DNA from: Nemertoderma westbladi | Taxonomy: Eukaryota > Animalia > Xenacoelomorpha | Assembly: GCA_032718475.1 (NCBI GenBank) | Contig: JAUCBJ010006428.1 | Location: 1-52,449, forward strand | Length of the DNA stretch: 52,449 nucleotides | Reading direction: 5' to 3' | Program-made: the position numbers and the translations under genes | Shown: piece after piece, positions 38,047 to 47,636 of the stretch | Position numbering within the stretch: the stretch's first letter is position 1 | Layout of the letters: every line of letters begins with the position of its first letter | The notes under the pieces: model-generated | Database searches by the model: none | Seen by the model: the letters and a program-made list of their open reading frames with translations, nothing else | Told to the model about the DNA's origin: nothing

Positions 38047-41000
38047 ATGGCGTCAAAGGGCGGAAAGAAGAAAGACGGTGGCGGCCGAAGCAATTCAGGG
38101 GCCAAAGATTCAGCAGCACCACATAGCGGAGCTGACAAGAAATCAGGGCGACATTCAACTCCACCTATATGGCCTGAGTGGAATGACGCAGACATTAACT
38201 CGGAGAAATGGGAGGCCCTGAAAGGCGGAAAAGTGGACAAAGATAAAGGCAAAAGCCCCAGTCTCAATTTCTTCGATGACCCAGAAGGGAAACTCGAGTT
38301 GCCGAAGTCTTTAAAACCTCGAGTTTCTGTATGGCGTCGACCGATGGATATCGTTGGCGATCGAACTGCTAGCGTGGTTGATGACTCATCCGCTGTGTTT
38401 GATATTTTAACCCCTAATGAACACCTCCACGATAGCGAACTAATGCGCTGGATAATCTCGCAAATCACCACGCTATTCTCATTGAACACAAAGTCTTCCA
38501 TCGGCACAGATCAGTTGGTCACACAGTCTTCTGATTTAGGTGCCTGGAAGCCGTGGGAGAATATATACTCTTTATGCAAAGTCGGCAAAGGGCCGCATCT
38601 TCCATTGTACAACAGTTATGGTAAATATGTGGTACGTCTTTATTGGATGGGATGTTGGCGTAAAATTGTTGTGGACGACAGTCTACCCTACGATGAACAG
38701 GATAATTTGTTGTTACCAGCCACTACAAACGTCCATGAACTTTGGCCTATGTTACTCTCTAAAGCTATAATAAAAGTTGCCGCTTTAGATTTCAGTGGAG
38801 GGAGCAGTCATTGCGAGTTTGGAGAAGTGAGTGTCCTGCATCTACTGACAAGTTGGCTCCCCGAACCAGTTCCACTTCATTACAACATGTCAGAACAGAT
38901 TTGGGATTTATTAAAATCCTCATTGCCTGAGTTCAAATTGCCGACAGCACCTGAACAGCCTACGCCTCCCGACTTGGGACCAAAACTCGACGCACCTCAA
39001 TCACCCAAACGCGTGAAGAAATATGATGCGAAAGCTTCAAAGGATCGCTTATCATTTTCATCAGCACAAAAAGATGAACCACCAGAGGTGTTAGTTTACG
39101 CTGGTTATCACCATGAACCGACATCACCCATTCGTGTATCAAAGCTTGGGGAAATGGCTGATGCATCGGAAACCTTGCGGCAATTCGGTTTGTCTCATGT
39201 CTATCCCCATCCCTTGCTTTTAAGAAAAACAAGAAGTTGCCCACTTGTTGCCCCGCCTTTACCACCTATTGTACCAAGATGGAAGATGATTCGAGAACGT
39301 AAACAAAAACCCCCGCTGAGAGATGAAGCACCAAAACCGGAAGTGAAACCCTCTGAGAAATATGTGTACTTAACTTCGCCATATTTGAATTATAAAGTAA
39401 AGCCGATAACTGTAAGTTCTGGAACTAAGAAAATTTCAAGCAGTTTATCCAAGAGCGGGTCCAGGCCATCAACTGCCCCCTTAGATGTTGTAACTGAAGA
39501 CGAAGACAATATGAGTGAGGATCTCAATGACAAAGCTATGGAATTAGTAAAAGCCGTGGATGGTGAAATTATACAAGAAAGTCCCAGAGGCGATGAGCTT
39601 AAAAACAATCCTCCAAGTGCCACAACTAAGCTGGGAGCTGAGGGGAAAGCAAAAAACCAGTCAGCCAATAGGAAGCCCCCGGGAGAAGTTAAGATAGTGT
39701 CAGATAAGAAACGTGAAATATCAGCAGATAAAAGGGCTGATCTGAAGCAGTCCAGTGGTAAGTCCCAGACTTCAGGATCTGTTGCAAAAACGGAAGTTAC
39801 AACTCCAGCAGCAAATGGTACCCACACCCACAATGAAGCTGTCAGCGCAGATGATGCTTTAGTAGATTCACTTAAAGAAACCGTCTTAGAAGAACTCCCA
39901 GAAGCTAATGTTGCATCAGCAGTCGCCCCTCCCAATGATCCCATCTGGATGCATTATGATGATTTGTGTAAATGTTTTCGTACTATCTATATTTTTCATA
40001 AACATTCAACATACAGTTTTAACCATAAAGTTTCTGATTTAAAATTGGCCTCTAGTGCTCCAACGACAGGCAAAAAAAGTGGCGGACTTGATAAACAATC
40101 GAAAGGGGCAAGTCCATCGGCTACAGGAAGTGCTTATGATGATAAATCTGCACAGTATTTATTCGCTGATAGTTTAAAACCAATAAATATTGTCGTCAGT
40201 TTTCAGGTGCTGAGCAAATGGTTAGACCCACTTGATGATAAAAGTGGCAAAGAATCTGTTCAGAGTGAATCGCCCAGCCAAGATACATCCACACGCCCCA
40301 GACTGCAACCAGGGACATTAATGGCTGAACCATATTCATGGAAGAGCCTAGTAACTGGCCAACCTGTTCTATGTATTTCTACTACAGGTGTGAGATCGGC
40401 CATGCTAATGTTACCTGCGGGCCGCCATGTACTGAGATTTATTGCTAATGCACCAGTTGGGTGGCATCTTCACTTCTGTTCCACTATACAGTTTGTTTAT
40501 GGCGATGAAGACAGCATTATGCCACTTTTGGTAAAAGAAAGTACCCGATTTGTCAATCATGCTTCTCAGATCATAAAATCCTTTAAAACCGCATTGAGTT
40601 GCTTCAACGACACCAATGCGTTTACTGACGCCATGGCTATGTTACGAAAGTCGTATATGCCAGATCTTCCAGAAGAGAAAAACACACCAAAAAGTGTTAG
40701 TGTTAAAAATAAACAAATAGCTACAGATGTTTTCAATATATCTTTGTATAAAGCAATAGGTCCACTTACTGGCGAATCAACACCCGATCTTATATTTGCA
40801 CTAAGAACACTGAGTTTTGATTTTCACAGCAACATAAGTCTTCTTCTAAGCGGTAAGAATTCTTCTGCAAGTTTAGGAGCAGCATCAGATACAGCCATTG
40901 ATATCAGTGAACCTTCTGATGCTGAAATAGCTGCAGCAAACTCAATTAAGGCTTTATTCAAGGGACATCATGTGAGAAGGGCAAAGCGAGCTCGTTTCAA

Positions 41001-42882
41001 CTTACATGTTGATGACTCTACGAGAGTCAGAGAGAATCTATCCAAACTACACACTGTTGTGGAACAAAACCAGGACCAGCTTGGTATACATATTTTACGA
41101 ACCATGTTGAAATCAGAACCACATTTGCTTGAACGCTTTTCCTTTTCTCGTGACGAATGGAACAAAATAGCATACTCCGACTATAATGGGTCATATAGCG
41201 ATCAACCTGCCAACCATTGGTTTGTTGTCTTCAGATCACTGTTCTATTCAGAGGAGTCTGTAATCGTTCTGCCTAAAGTATACTGTTCTATACCAACATG
41301 TCAATTGGCCGTTATTGATAATGACACCAGAGAGGAAATACCGAAAATATTTCAAAAGGTTTCACCTCACATCTACCTCCCTAATATCAATGGGTACACG
41401 TTTGTTGCCTATGCAAGAACAACCGAGTTCCCACTACTTTCTGGAAAATGGAGAATGCGACTCATTGGTGGGTTTAACCCATTACCAACTCCCAAACATG
41501 ACACAGTCAATACTGACTTCACACCAAGAGAACTAAAAGGGTATTACATTCCCAATGAGAAAGCTGTATTATTTCGTTACACCATCAAATCATCAAATGA
41601 TGTATTGGCTAGTATTCAAGTCAATACAAGCAAACCCAGTGCATACATAAAACTACAAGTGCTAAAGAATGAAGTTGAAATAGTTTCTAGGGTTGGTAAG
41701 GGGTATGTTGTCCTTCCAGCTTTTATATTTGATAAAGATGAGTCCTTGAAACGAGCACAAAGTAGTAAATCATCACTGGATAAAAAGTCCAGTCGTAGAG
41801 GAAGTTCCCCTGCTCCAATTGTCTCTTCCCAGAATTATATTATACAGGCATTGGTGTTACAGAATAGTTGGCCACTCTCAGCGTCTGATTGGAAGCATGT
41901 TGAGACGTTGAAAACGCAACAGATGGAAGATTTAAAGGTATTTTCAGGTGGAAGACCGCCATCATCAAAGCAATCAGTAACACCTGCAGCATCAATATCT
42001 TCATCAGTGTCAACAAAACCATCTCCAAGTAAAAAAGGCAGCCGCGATAAGTCAAAGGAAAAGGTTTCCTCAAAGCCATCGTCAGCACGTGTGGATGTGG
42101 ATAAAGCACACTATGTGATGCGATTTGTTTGCGATGCTGAGGATACGAGTAGTGTTAAAGTCGACGTTGATACCGGTAGACGTGATGAGATCAAGGCCAT
42201 CAAGCAAGCATGGGAGCTGGCTGAGCCAGGTAGAGCTGTCAAGGCAGCTGAGGCCAGGCAGAAATTCTTAGAAGACAATTTTATCCCCAGAGAAGTCGTA
42301 GAAGAAAACATAGAAATCCCGCCAACGGCTGCAGAGAGTAGTGAATCTATCCCACGATCTCGCAGTGATGTTGGCGCAGAAAGTGATGGTGACAGTCCGG
42401 TAGTGGAGCCTTTAACCTTGGAACCGCCACCCAAGCCGCTTCCGGCAATGGTTCTAAAACCGGTGGATGAGACCGCATTTCTAACAACATGTTATTCCAC
42501 TCCGCGAGTTATTGATAATGACGAGAGGGAGAGATTGATGGATGAACGAATGGCGGATGTGATGGAATGGCGTCTCTATCGCAAGGAACTTAGACAATGG
42601 CGTCGTGAGCAGGGCCACGAGAGAAACCGCTTGAAATACAAGCAGATCGAGGATTGTGAGAAACTCCAGGAGTTTACGGACACTAATCGTCAACTAGTGG
42701 CAGAGCCGAGGGAGGCGGTACGACAACGGATGTTGGAGGCCGAAAGGGTACGGCTGGAGGCACTGCAAGCACTGGAGAACGAGATTAAGGATGATGGCAA
42801 AGGGAAGAAAGCGAGGGGAAAGAGCCCTAAAGGAGGAAGTGGGAAGGGGAAGAAGGGTAGTGGAAAGGGAAAGAAAAAGTAG
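38047..42882 (+). CDS. ADGB: Androglobin (calpain-like domain + circularly permuted globin + IQ motif), single-exon ORF
   Basis: 1611-aa ORF with PIWPEWNDADINSEKW, FFDDPEGKLELP, SELMRWIIS, YNSYGKYVVRLYWMGCWRKIVVDD, ELWPMLLSKAIIK, PYSWKSLVTGQP, GRHVLRF and the C-terminal DEIKAIKQAWE..EPGRA, all typical of androglobin. Confidence 0.95.
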   Translation: MASKGGKKKDGGGRSNSGAKDSAAPHSGADKKSGRHSTPPIWPEWNDADINSEKWEALKGGKVDKDKGKSPSLNFFDDPEGKLELPKSLKPRVSVWRRPMDIVGDRTASVVDDSSAVFDILTPNEHLHDSELMRWIISQITTLFSLNTKSSIGTDQLVTQSSDLGAWKPWENIYSLCKVGKGPHLPLYNSYGKYVVRLYWMGCWRKIVVDDSLPYDEQDNLLLPATTNVHELWPMLLSKAIIKVAALDFSGGSSHCEFGEVSVLHLLTSWLPEPVPLHYNMSEQIWDLLKSSLPEFKLPTAPEQPTPPDLGPKLDAPQSPKRVKKYDAKASKDRLSFSSAQKDEPPEVLVYAGYHHEPTSPIRVSKLGEMADASETLRQFGLSHVYPHPLLLRKTRSCPLVAPPLPPIVPRWKMIRERKQKPPLRDEAPKPEVKPSEKYVYLTSPYLNYKVKPITVSSGTKKISSSLSKSGSRPSTAPLDVVTEDEDNMSEDLNDKAMELVKAVDGEIIQESPRGDELKNNPPSATTKLGAEGKAKNQSANRKPPGEVKIVSDKKREISADKRADLKQSSGKSQTSGSVAKTEVTTPAANGTHTHNEAVSADDALVDSLKETVLEELPEANVASAVAPPNDPIWMHYDDLCKCFRTIYIFHKHSTYSFNHKVSDLKLASSAPTTGKKSGGLDKQSKGASPSATGSAYDDKSAQYLFADSLKPINIVVSFQVLSKWLDPLDDKSGKESVQSESPSQDTSTRPRLQPGTLMAEPYSWKSLVTGQPVLCISTTGVRSAMLMLPAGRHVLRFIANAPVGWHLHFCSTIQFVYGDEDSIMPLLVKESTRFVNHASQIIKSFKTALSCFNDTNAFTDAMAMLRKSYMPDLPEEKNTPKSVSVKNKQIATDVFNISLYKAIGPLTGESTPDLIFALRTLSFDFHSNISLLLSGKNSSASLGAASDTAIDISEPSDAEIAAANSIKALFKGHHVRRAKRARFNLHVDDSTRVRENLSKLHTVVEQNQDQLGIHILRTMLKSEPHLLERFSFSRDEWNKIAYSDYNGSYSDQPANHWFVVFRSLFYSEESVIVLPKVYCSIPTCQLAVIDNDTREEIPKIFQKVSPHIYLPNINGYTFVAYARTTEFPLLSGKWRMRLIGGFNPLPTPKHDTVNTDFTPRELKGYYIPNEKAVLFRYTIKSSNDVLASIQVNTSKPSAYIKLQVLKNEVEIVSRVGKGYVVLPAFIFDKDESLKRAQSSKSSLDKKSSRRGSSPAPIVSSQNYIIQALVLQNSWPLSASDWKHVETLKTQQMEDLKVFSGGRPPSSKQSVTPAASISSSVSTKPSPSKKGSRDKSKEKVSSKPSSARVDVDKAHYVMRFVCDAEDTSSVKVDVDTGRRDEIKAIKQAWELAEPGRAVKAAEARQKFLEDNFIPREVVEENIEIPPTAAESSESIPRSRSDVGAESDGDSPVVEPLTLEPPPKPLPAMVLKPVDETAFLTTCYSTPRVIDNDERERLMDERMADVMEWRLYRKELRQWRREQGHERNRLKYKQIEDCEKLQEFTDTNRQLVAEPREAVRQRMLEAERVRLEALQALENEIKDDGKGKKARGKSPKGGSGKGKKGSGKGKKK

Positions 42883-43574
42883 GTCATTCAACTGATCCTG
42901 TTATAAATTGGTTGCATTTCGTAAAAAACAATATAGGCCCACGTTATTAATGAACAACTTATAGTAATAAATAATATTAAATTGTTTCATTTTAGAATAT
43001 AAACTTTACTATAATGATGAGAGTATTCTGTGTTAGGTATTGATATAGACTACATACCGTGCTACATAACATTCTACATAGAATGCTTCATAGCACTGGA
43101 AATAGCTTGGGAAGGTGTTTGAAATTGATGTACAATAAATATACCATTTATCTGCCGCTAATAGAAAAGATTAAACTTAAAATATTTACAAAAGTAGAAA
43201 CTGCCTGTGGCATTGAAGAATGGTTTCCTTTGGAAAGCTGTAATTTTTTTAAGTGGTGGCAAAATAGTATACTTTTTGTGGAGCATGATATTTGGATAAT
43301 ATTATTATAGTATTTTATTACAAATAAGAAAGCAAAACAAAAAATGCTACTATTTGCCACCACTTACGCCGTTTTATATGTTGTAAGTCTTCTCACTTTT
43401 ATCTGGGCCTATTTCAGCATAAATATCGTCCATCGAAGATTCGTATTCGCATTACTACACCTTGGCTACCCATAGTTTGACCAATTTTTTCATATGAAAA
43501 AGGCTTTTATCATGAGGTTATTTATTCGAGAACAAATGTTTGACCTTCTGAAAGTAGGATGGTAATTTTTTTCT

Positions 43575-43900
43575 AAAAAATGTTCTAGAAAAAATGTGTT
43601 CTAGAACAAAACTATTCATCAAAATTGATAACTAACACGTGTTCTATAACATAAAAAGGTAGAAAAAACTAGCTAGTATAAAAAATAAAAAATGTGTTCT
43701 AGAACAAGAACATTTATCAAAATTGATAACTAACTTTCTAATTTTCTACTTAACTAATTTTCTGTTGTGTTATATAACATTTATAAAAAAAAGTAGAAAA
43801 ACCTAGCTCGTATAAAAAATAGAAAATGTGTCCCAGAATAAAGAAAATGTGTCCTAGAACAAACAAAATGTGTTCTAGAACAAAAATATTTATCAAAATT
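43575..43900. repeat. Irregular repeats of AAAATGTGTTCTAGAAC with duplicated longer blocks
   Basis: The motif recurs about 7 times and TCAAAATTGATAACTAAC is duplicated. Confidence 0.7.
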
Positions 43901-44509
43901 GGAAACATAAAAAATCAATGTAATGGAAATTACTTTGAAATTTAATTTCACATTAACGACTTTGACAAAAAAAAGTGACTTACAACAAATAAAATTTAAT
44001 AAAGATCAGTAGAAATAACATTCCATACTTTTAAAATAGAGCTCCTTAATTGCACCATTATTTCTATATTTAACAGATTTAGTTAACCGTCCAGGTACTT
44101 TACACCTCAGTACATGTCCTCCTTATCCTTTGTTATTTTAATGACATATTCGCAAAAATACATTGCAGTAACATATTATTATGAACGATAATTACTGGAA
44201 AACAAGTTTGATTTATGCGTTACTACCCCTATCCGTGTTGTTTCTGGACGTTGAACTTGTCATTACTGCCTCGTACAATTCGTTAGGATTATTTGATAAA
44301 AATACTATCATGATGGATTGACAAACTAAAAACTCACACTACTTGAGTTGAATCGTGGATATTTCGTAATGTTAGGCTAATATTAAAATTTATATAAATA
44401 TAGTGGGGCAGCATAACATCACAGCGTGTGAGCATGATTTATTATGGTAGTAATGCTATTAACTATAGTTACAAACTATCCATGAATAGAGTAGTAAATC
44501 AGATACAAG

Positions 44510-44830
44510 GACCCCCCCCCCCCCCAAATTTTTCTACAAATCTTTATCATATTGTTTGAAATTTGAAACACAACTAGTTCAACTCACCGTCGTTGTTACC
44601 ATGAAGTAGGAATTTTCGATTTTGCTTTAAATTTTTTTATAAGCGTTTTAAAAAAAGAGACTTTTTCAAAATTGTACCCTTGGTTTCGCCGCCATTTTTC
44701 AAATTAATCGTGATTTATTTACATCTATAGGTAGGTTACTTTGCCAGAATTCCAAATATGTAACAATAGCTCTTTTTCGTTGAGAAACAGCTGAGATATA
44801 GGCGTTTAAAGATTGCAAGAATTATCGTAC
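44510..44830 (+). mobile_element. Solo arm of the CACCATG foldback family
   Basis: Matches 45085-45408 (poly-C, CAAATTTTTCTACAAATCTTTATCATATTG...AGATTGCAAGAATTATCGT). Confidence 0.8.
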
Positions 44831-45045
44831 CTTGGAGTGTGGGGCGAGCCACTAAAGCAAGCGAGCTCATACGGGTACCACTAAATCTATTGGTGTGTCT
44901 GTCGTTCTGTAATTTTGCTGTTTTGTCGTTCTGTTGTGTCCAATTTTAAACATTAATAACTCGGCCAATATTTTATGAAACCTATCCAAACTTTAATATT
45001 TCTTACAAATTGGGTCGTCGCCACGCCTAAAATATATTTAATATA

Positions 45046-45953
45046 CACCATGACCCGTAATATAGTGACATTTTGTGATGACATGGACCCCCCCCCCCCC
45101 CCCAAATTTTTCTACAAATCTTTATCATATTGCATGAAATTTGAAACACCACTAGTTCAACTCACCGTGGTTGTTACCATGAAGCCGGAATTTTCGATTT
45201 CGCCTTTAAATTTTATTTATAAGCGTTTTAAAAAAGTGTTTTTTGCGAAATCGCACCCTCTGTATCATTGCCATTCTTCACTTTAGTCGTAATCAATTTC
45301 ACATCAATAGAAAGCTTGCGTTGCAAGGATTCCAAATTTGTAACAATGTCTGAATTTCGTTGAGAAACAGCTGAGAAATAGGCATTCAAAGATTGCAAGA
45401 ATTATCGTTCGCTGCAGGCCATTTATTCTATTTAATAAATACACAATATTCTGGAACAATTTGTTTATGTATGATTAGCTACGCAATATAGATATCGTAT
45501 AGGCATACCGCTGTTGCCTACCAACTCATAAAATAAATAACACGTTCTAGAATTTTGTGTATTTATTAAATAGAATAAATGGCTTGCAGCGAACAATAAT
45601 TCTTGTAATCTTTGAACGCCTATTTCTCAGCTGTTTCTCAATTAAATTCAGATATTGCTACATTATTTGGAATCCTTTCAACACAAGCTTTCTATTAATG
45701 TGAAAAAATTACGACTAAAGTGAAGAATGTCAATGATACGGAGGGTGCGATTTCGAAAAAGACACTTTTTTAAAACGCTTATGAATAAAATTTAAAGGCG
45801 AAATCGAAAATTCCGGCTTCATGGTAACAACCACGGTGAGTTGAACTAGTGGTGTTTCCAATTTCAAGCAATATGATAAAGATTTGTAGAAAAATTTGGG
45901 GGGGGGGGGGGTCCGTGTCATCAGACAATGACACTATATTACGGGTCATGGTG
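45046..45953. mobile_element. Foldback/MITE with ~410-bp inverted arms, CACCATG termini and TA flanks
   Basis: TA-CACCATGACCCGTAATATAGTG...CACTATATTACGGGTCATGGTG-TA. The arms are highly similar. Confidence 0.92.
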
Positions 45954-46522
45954 TATTAATTTTAAAACACAATTTTTTTGTTAATCCTGTCTTTCATCAA
46001 TCCTTTGTACCTCTTTGAGTTGGGGTGTTGAAGGGGAGGAACGTTTCCCTTTTCTTTACTTTATTGGCGGTTTGGTTAAATTTCTTAAATACCGATTTTG
46101 TGAAAGAATTGCTCAATTTAAATTTTTATCTCATAACTGAGCCTCGTGCAGCGCGAAGACCCCACTAACGTGTACTTATTCTAATTAATAAATACGCAAC
46201 ATTCTAGAATGTATTATTAATCTCAGCGTAAGTGTGCAACAACGCCATGCCTTTGAAATACCTCTATTGCTAAGCTACACATACATAAAAAAAGTGTACC
46301 AGAACGTTGTGTATTTATTAAATAGAATAAATGGCAGCGTACGATAATTTTACAATCTGTTTCTGAAGGGGCGGGGGGGGGGGGGGGGAGGGGGTGGGTT
46401 CAGTCTCGTCCCAAAATGAGATTATATTACGGGTCATGTTATATACGTATTGCACTGTTACCCTTATTCTTATAAGGAAAATAACATGTTCCAGAATATC
46501 GTATATCTCAAAAATAACTGAG

Positions 46523-47470
46523 AATAATAATAATAATAATAAACTATTATTTATATAGCGCCAAACTCTATAAATAGATTCTAAGGGGCTCATGACCCAT
46601 TTAGATATTAAACGCTCTATTATAGAGTTCTGCTTTTAAACCGACTTTAAAGTGTTTTATTTGAGTAGCAGTTCTTAGGTTAACTGGGAGGCTATTAAAA
46701 ACCACTGGCGCGGCGTAACTGAAAGATCTGGTCCCAAAGCTTGATAGTTTGAAGGCAGGGACCTTCAGGGTCCACACATACTCTGTTCTCGTAGAGTTGT
46801 AGTTGGGCTCTAACATATCGAGTATATATGTCGGAGCGAGACCGTTTCCACGTTAAAAGCGCGATTTTATAGTCTATCCTGATTCCTGAATGAGATTGGA
46901 AGCCAGTGCAATTCCCGTTGGAGGTGTCTCATTGGTTCCCCCAAGCTTGACACTAGAACAAAATCGCCTCCGCTTTGCAGGACATTGCTTTCGCCGTGAG
47001 GACCAGCCAGTGCATAATCTTGTACTTTGGCAGCCTCGTGGAGTGAATAAGCATGGTGGACAGCCCATGACTTTCTTGAGACACATCTTAAAGGACACTG
47101 GCCTTAAAGATGCGGATGATCTAGCAAATGTCATGGGTGATAGGGAGTTGTGGCGGTGCAATTTTGTCGATAAGCCGGCACAGCATTCTTAAAAATGCAG
47201 CTGCAATGCAGCATGCCGATCCTAGTAGCAATTCCCGTAGCACTGGTGTTATGTGCGACCTGCGTCCTTGCCTCTTTATCAGCCGAGCACAAGATTTTTG
47301 TGCAATTTGGAGGCGGCTAAGGAGAGTCTGTGGGAGACCATACAACAAACAATTATTCATGTCAAGTCTTGAAACAACAAGCGCATTGACCAGTTTCTTG
47401 GTATTGTCTTCTGATAGGTGACCCCGTGCCGTATATGTCTAATATTTCTGAGATGATAGTTTATGGATGA
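46523..47470 (-). mobile_element. 3' fragment of L2/CR1-type LINE, interrupted by an RTE insertion
   Basis: Minus strand: LVNALVVSRLD..NCLLYGLP..LSRLQ..Q.SCARLI....RRSHITPVLRE|LHWLPI, then FGTRSFSYAAP..FNSLP.NLR, ending in a (TTA)n tail. Confidence 0.88.
46919..47227 (+). mobile_element. Short 3' RTE copy with 11-bp TSD
   Basis: Nearly identical to about 31298-31607. TSD GCAATTCCCGT at 46908-46918 and 47228-47238. Confidence 0.93.
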
Positions 47471-47636
47471 TACAGTGAATTTATAATATAAGCTGTACTT
47501 ATTCTGTTACCTAGGCTACTGAAACATAAATTAATATTAATCAACTATAAGGGAATGGTTCAATGTCTTTAGCTAAGAATGCTGCTAATAAATAATATTT
47601 TTATGTACTGAGCACAATTTATTAATTGTCGATAAA

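Noticed and set aside
39390-42891. Minus-strand ORFs within androglobin
   Set aside because: They are antisense shadows of the long coding frame.
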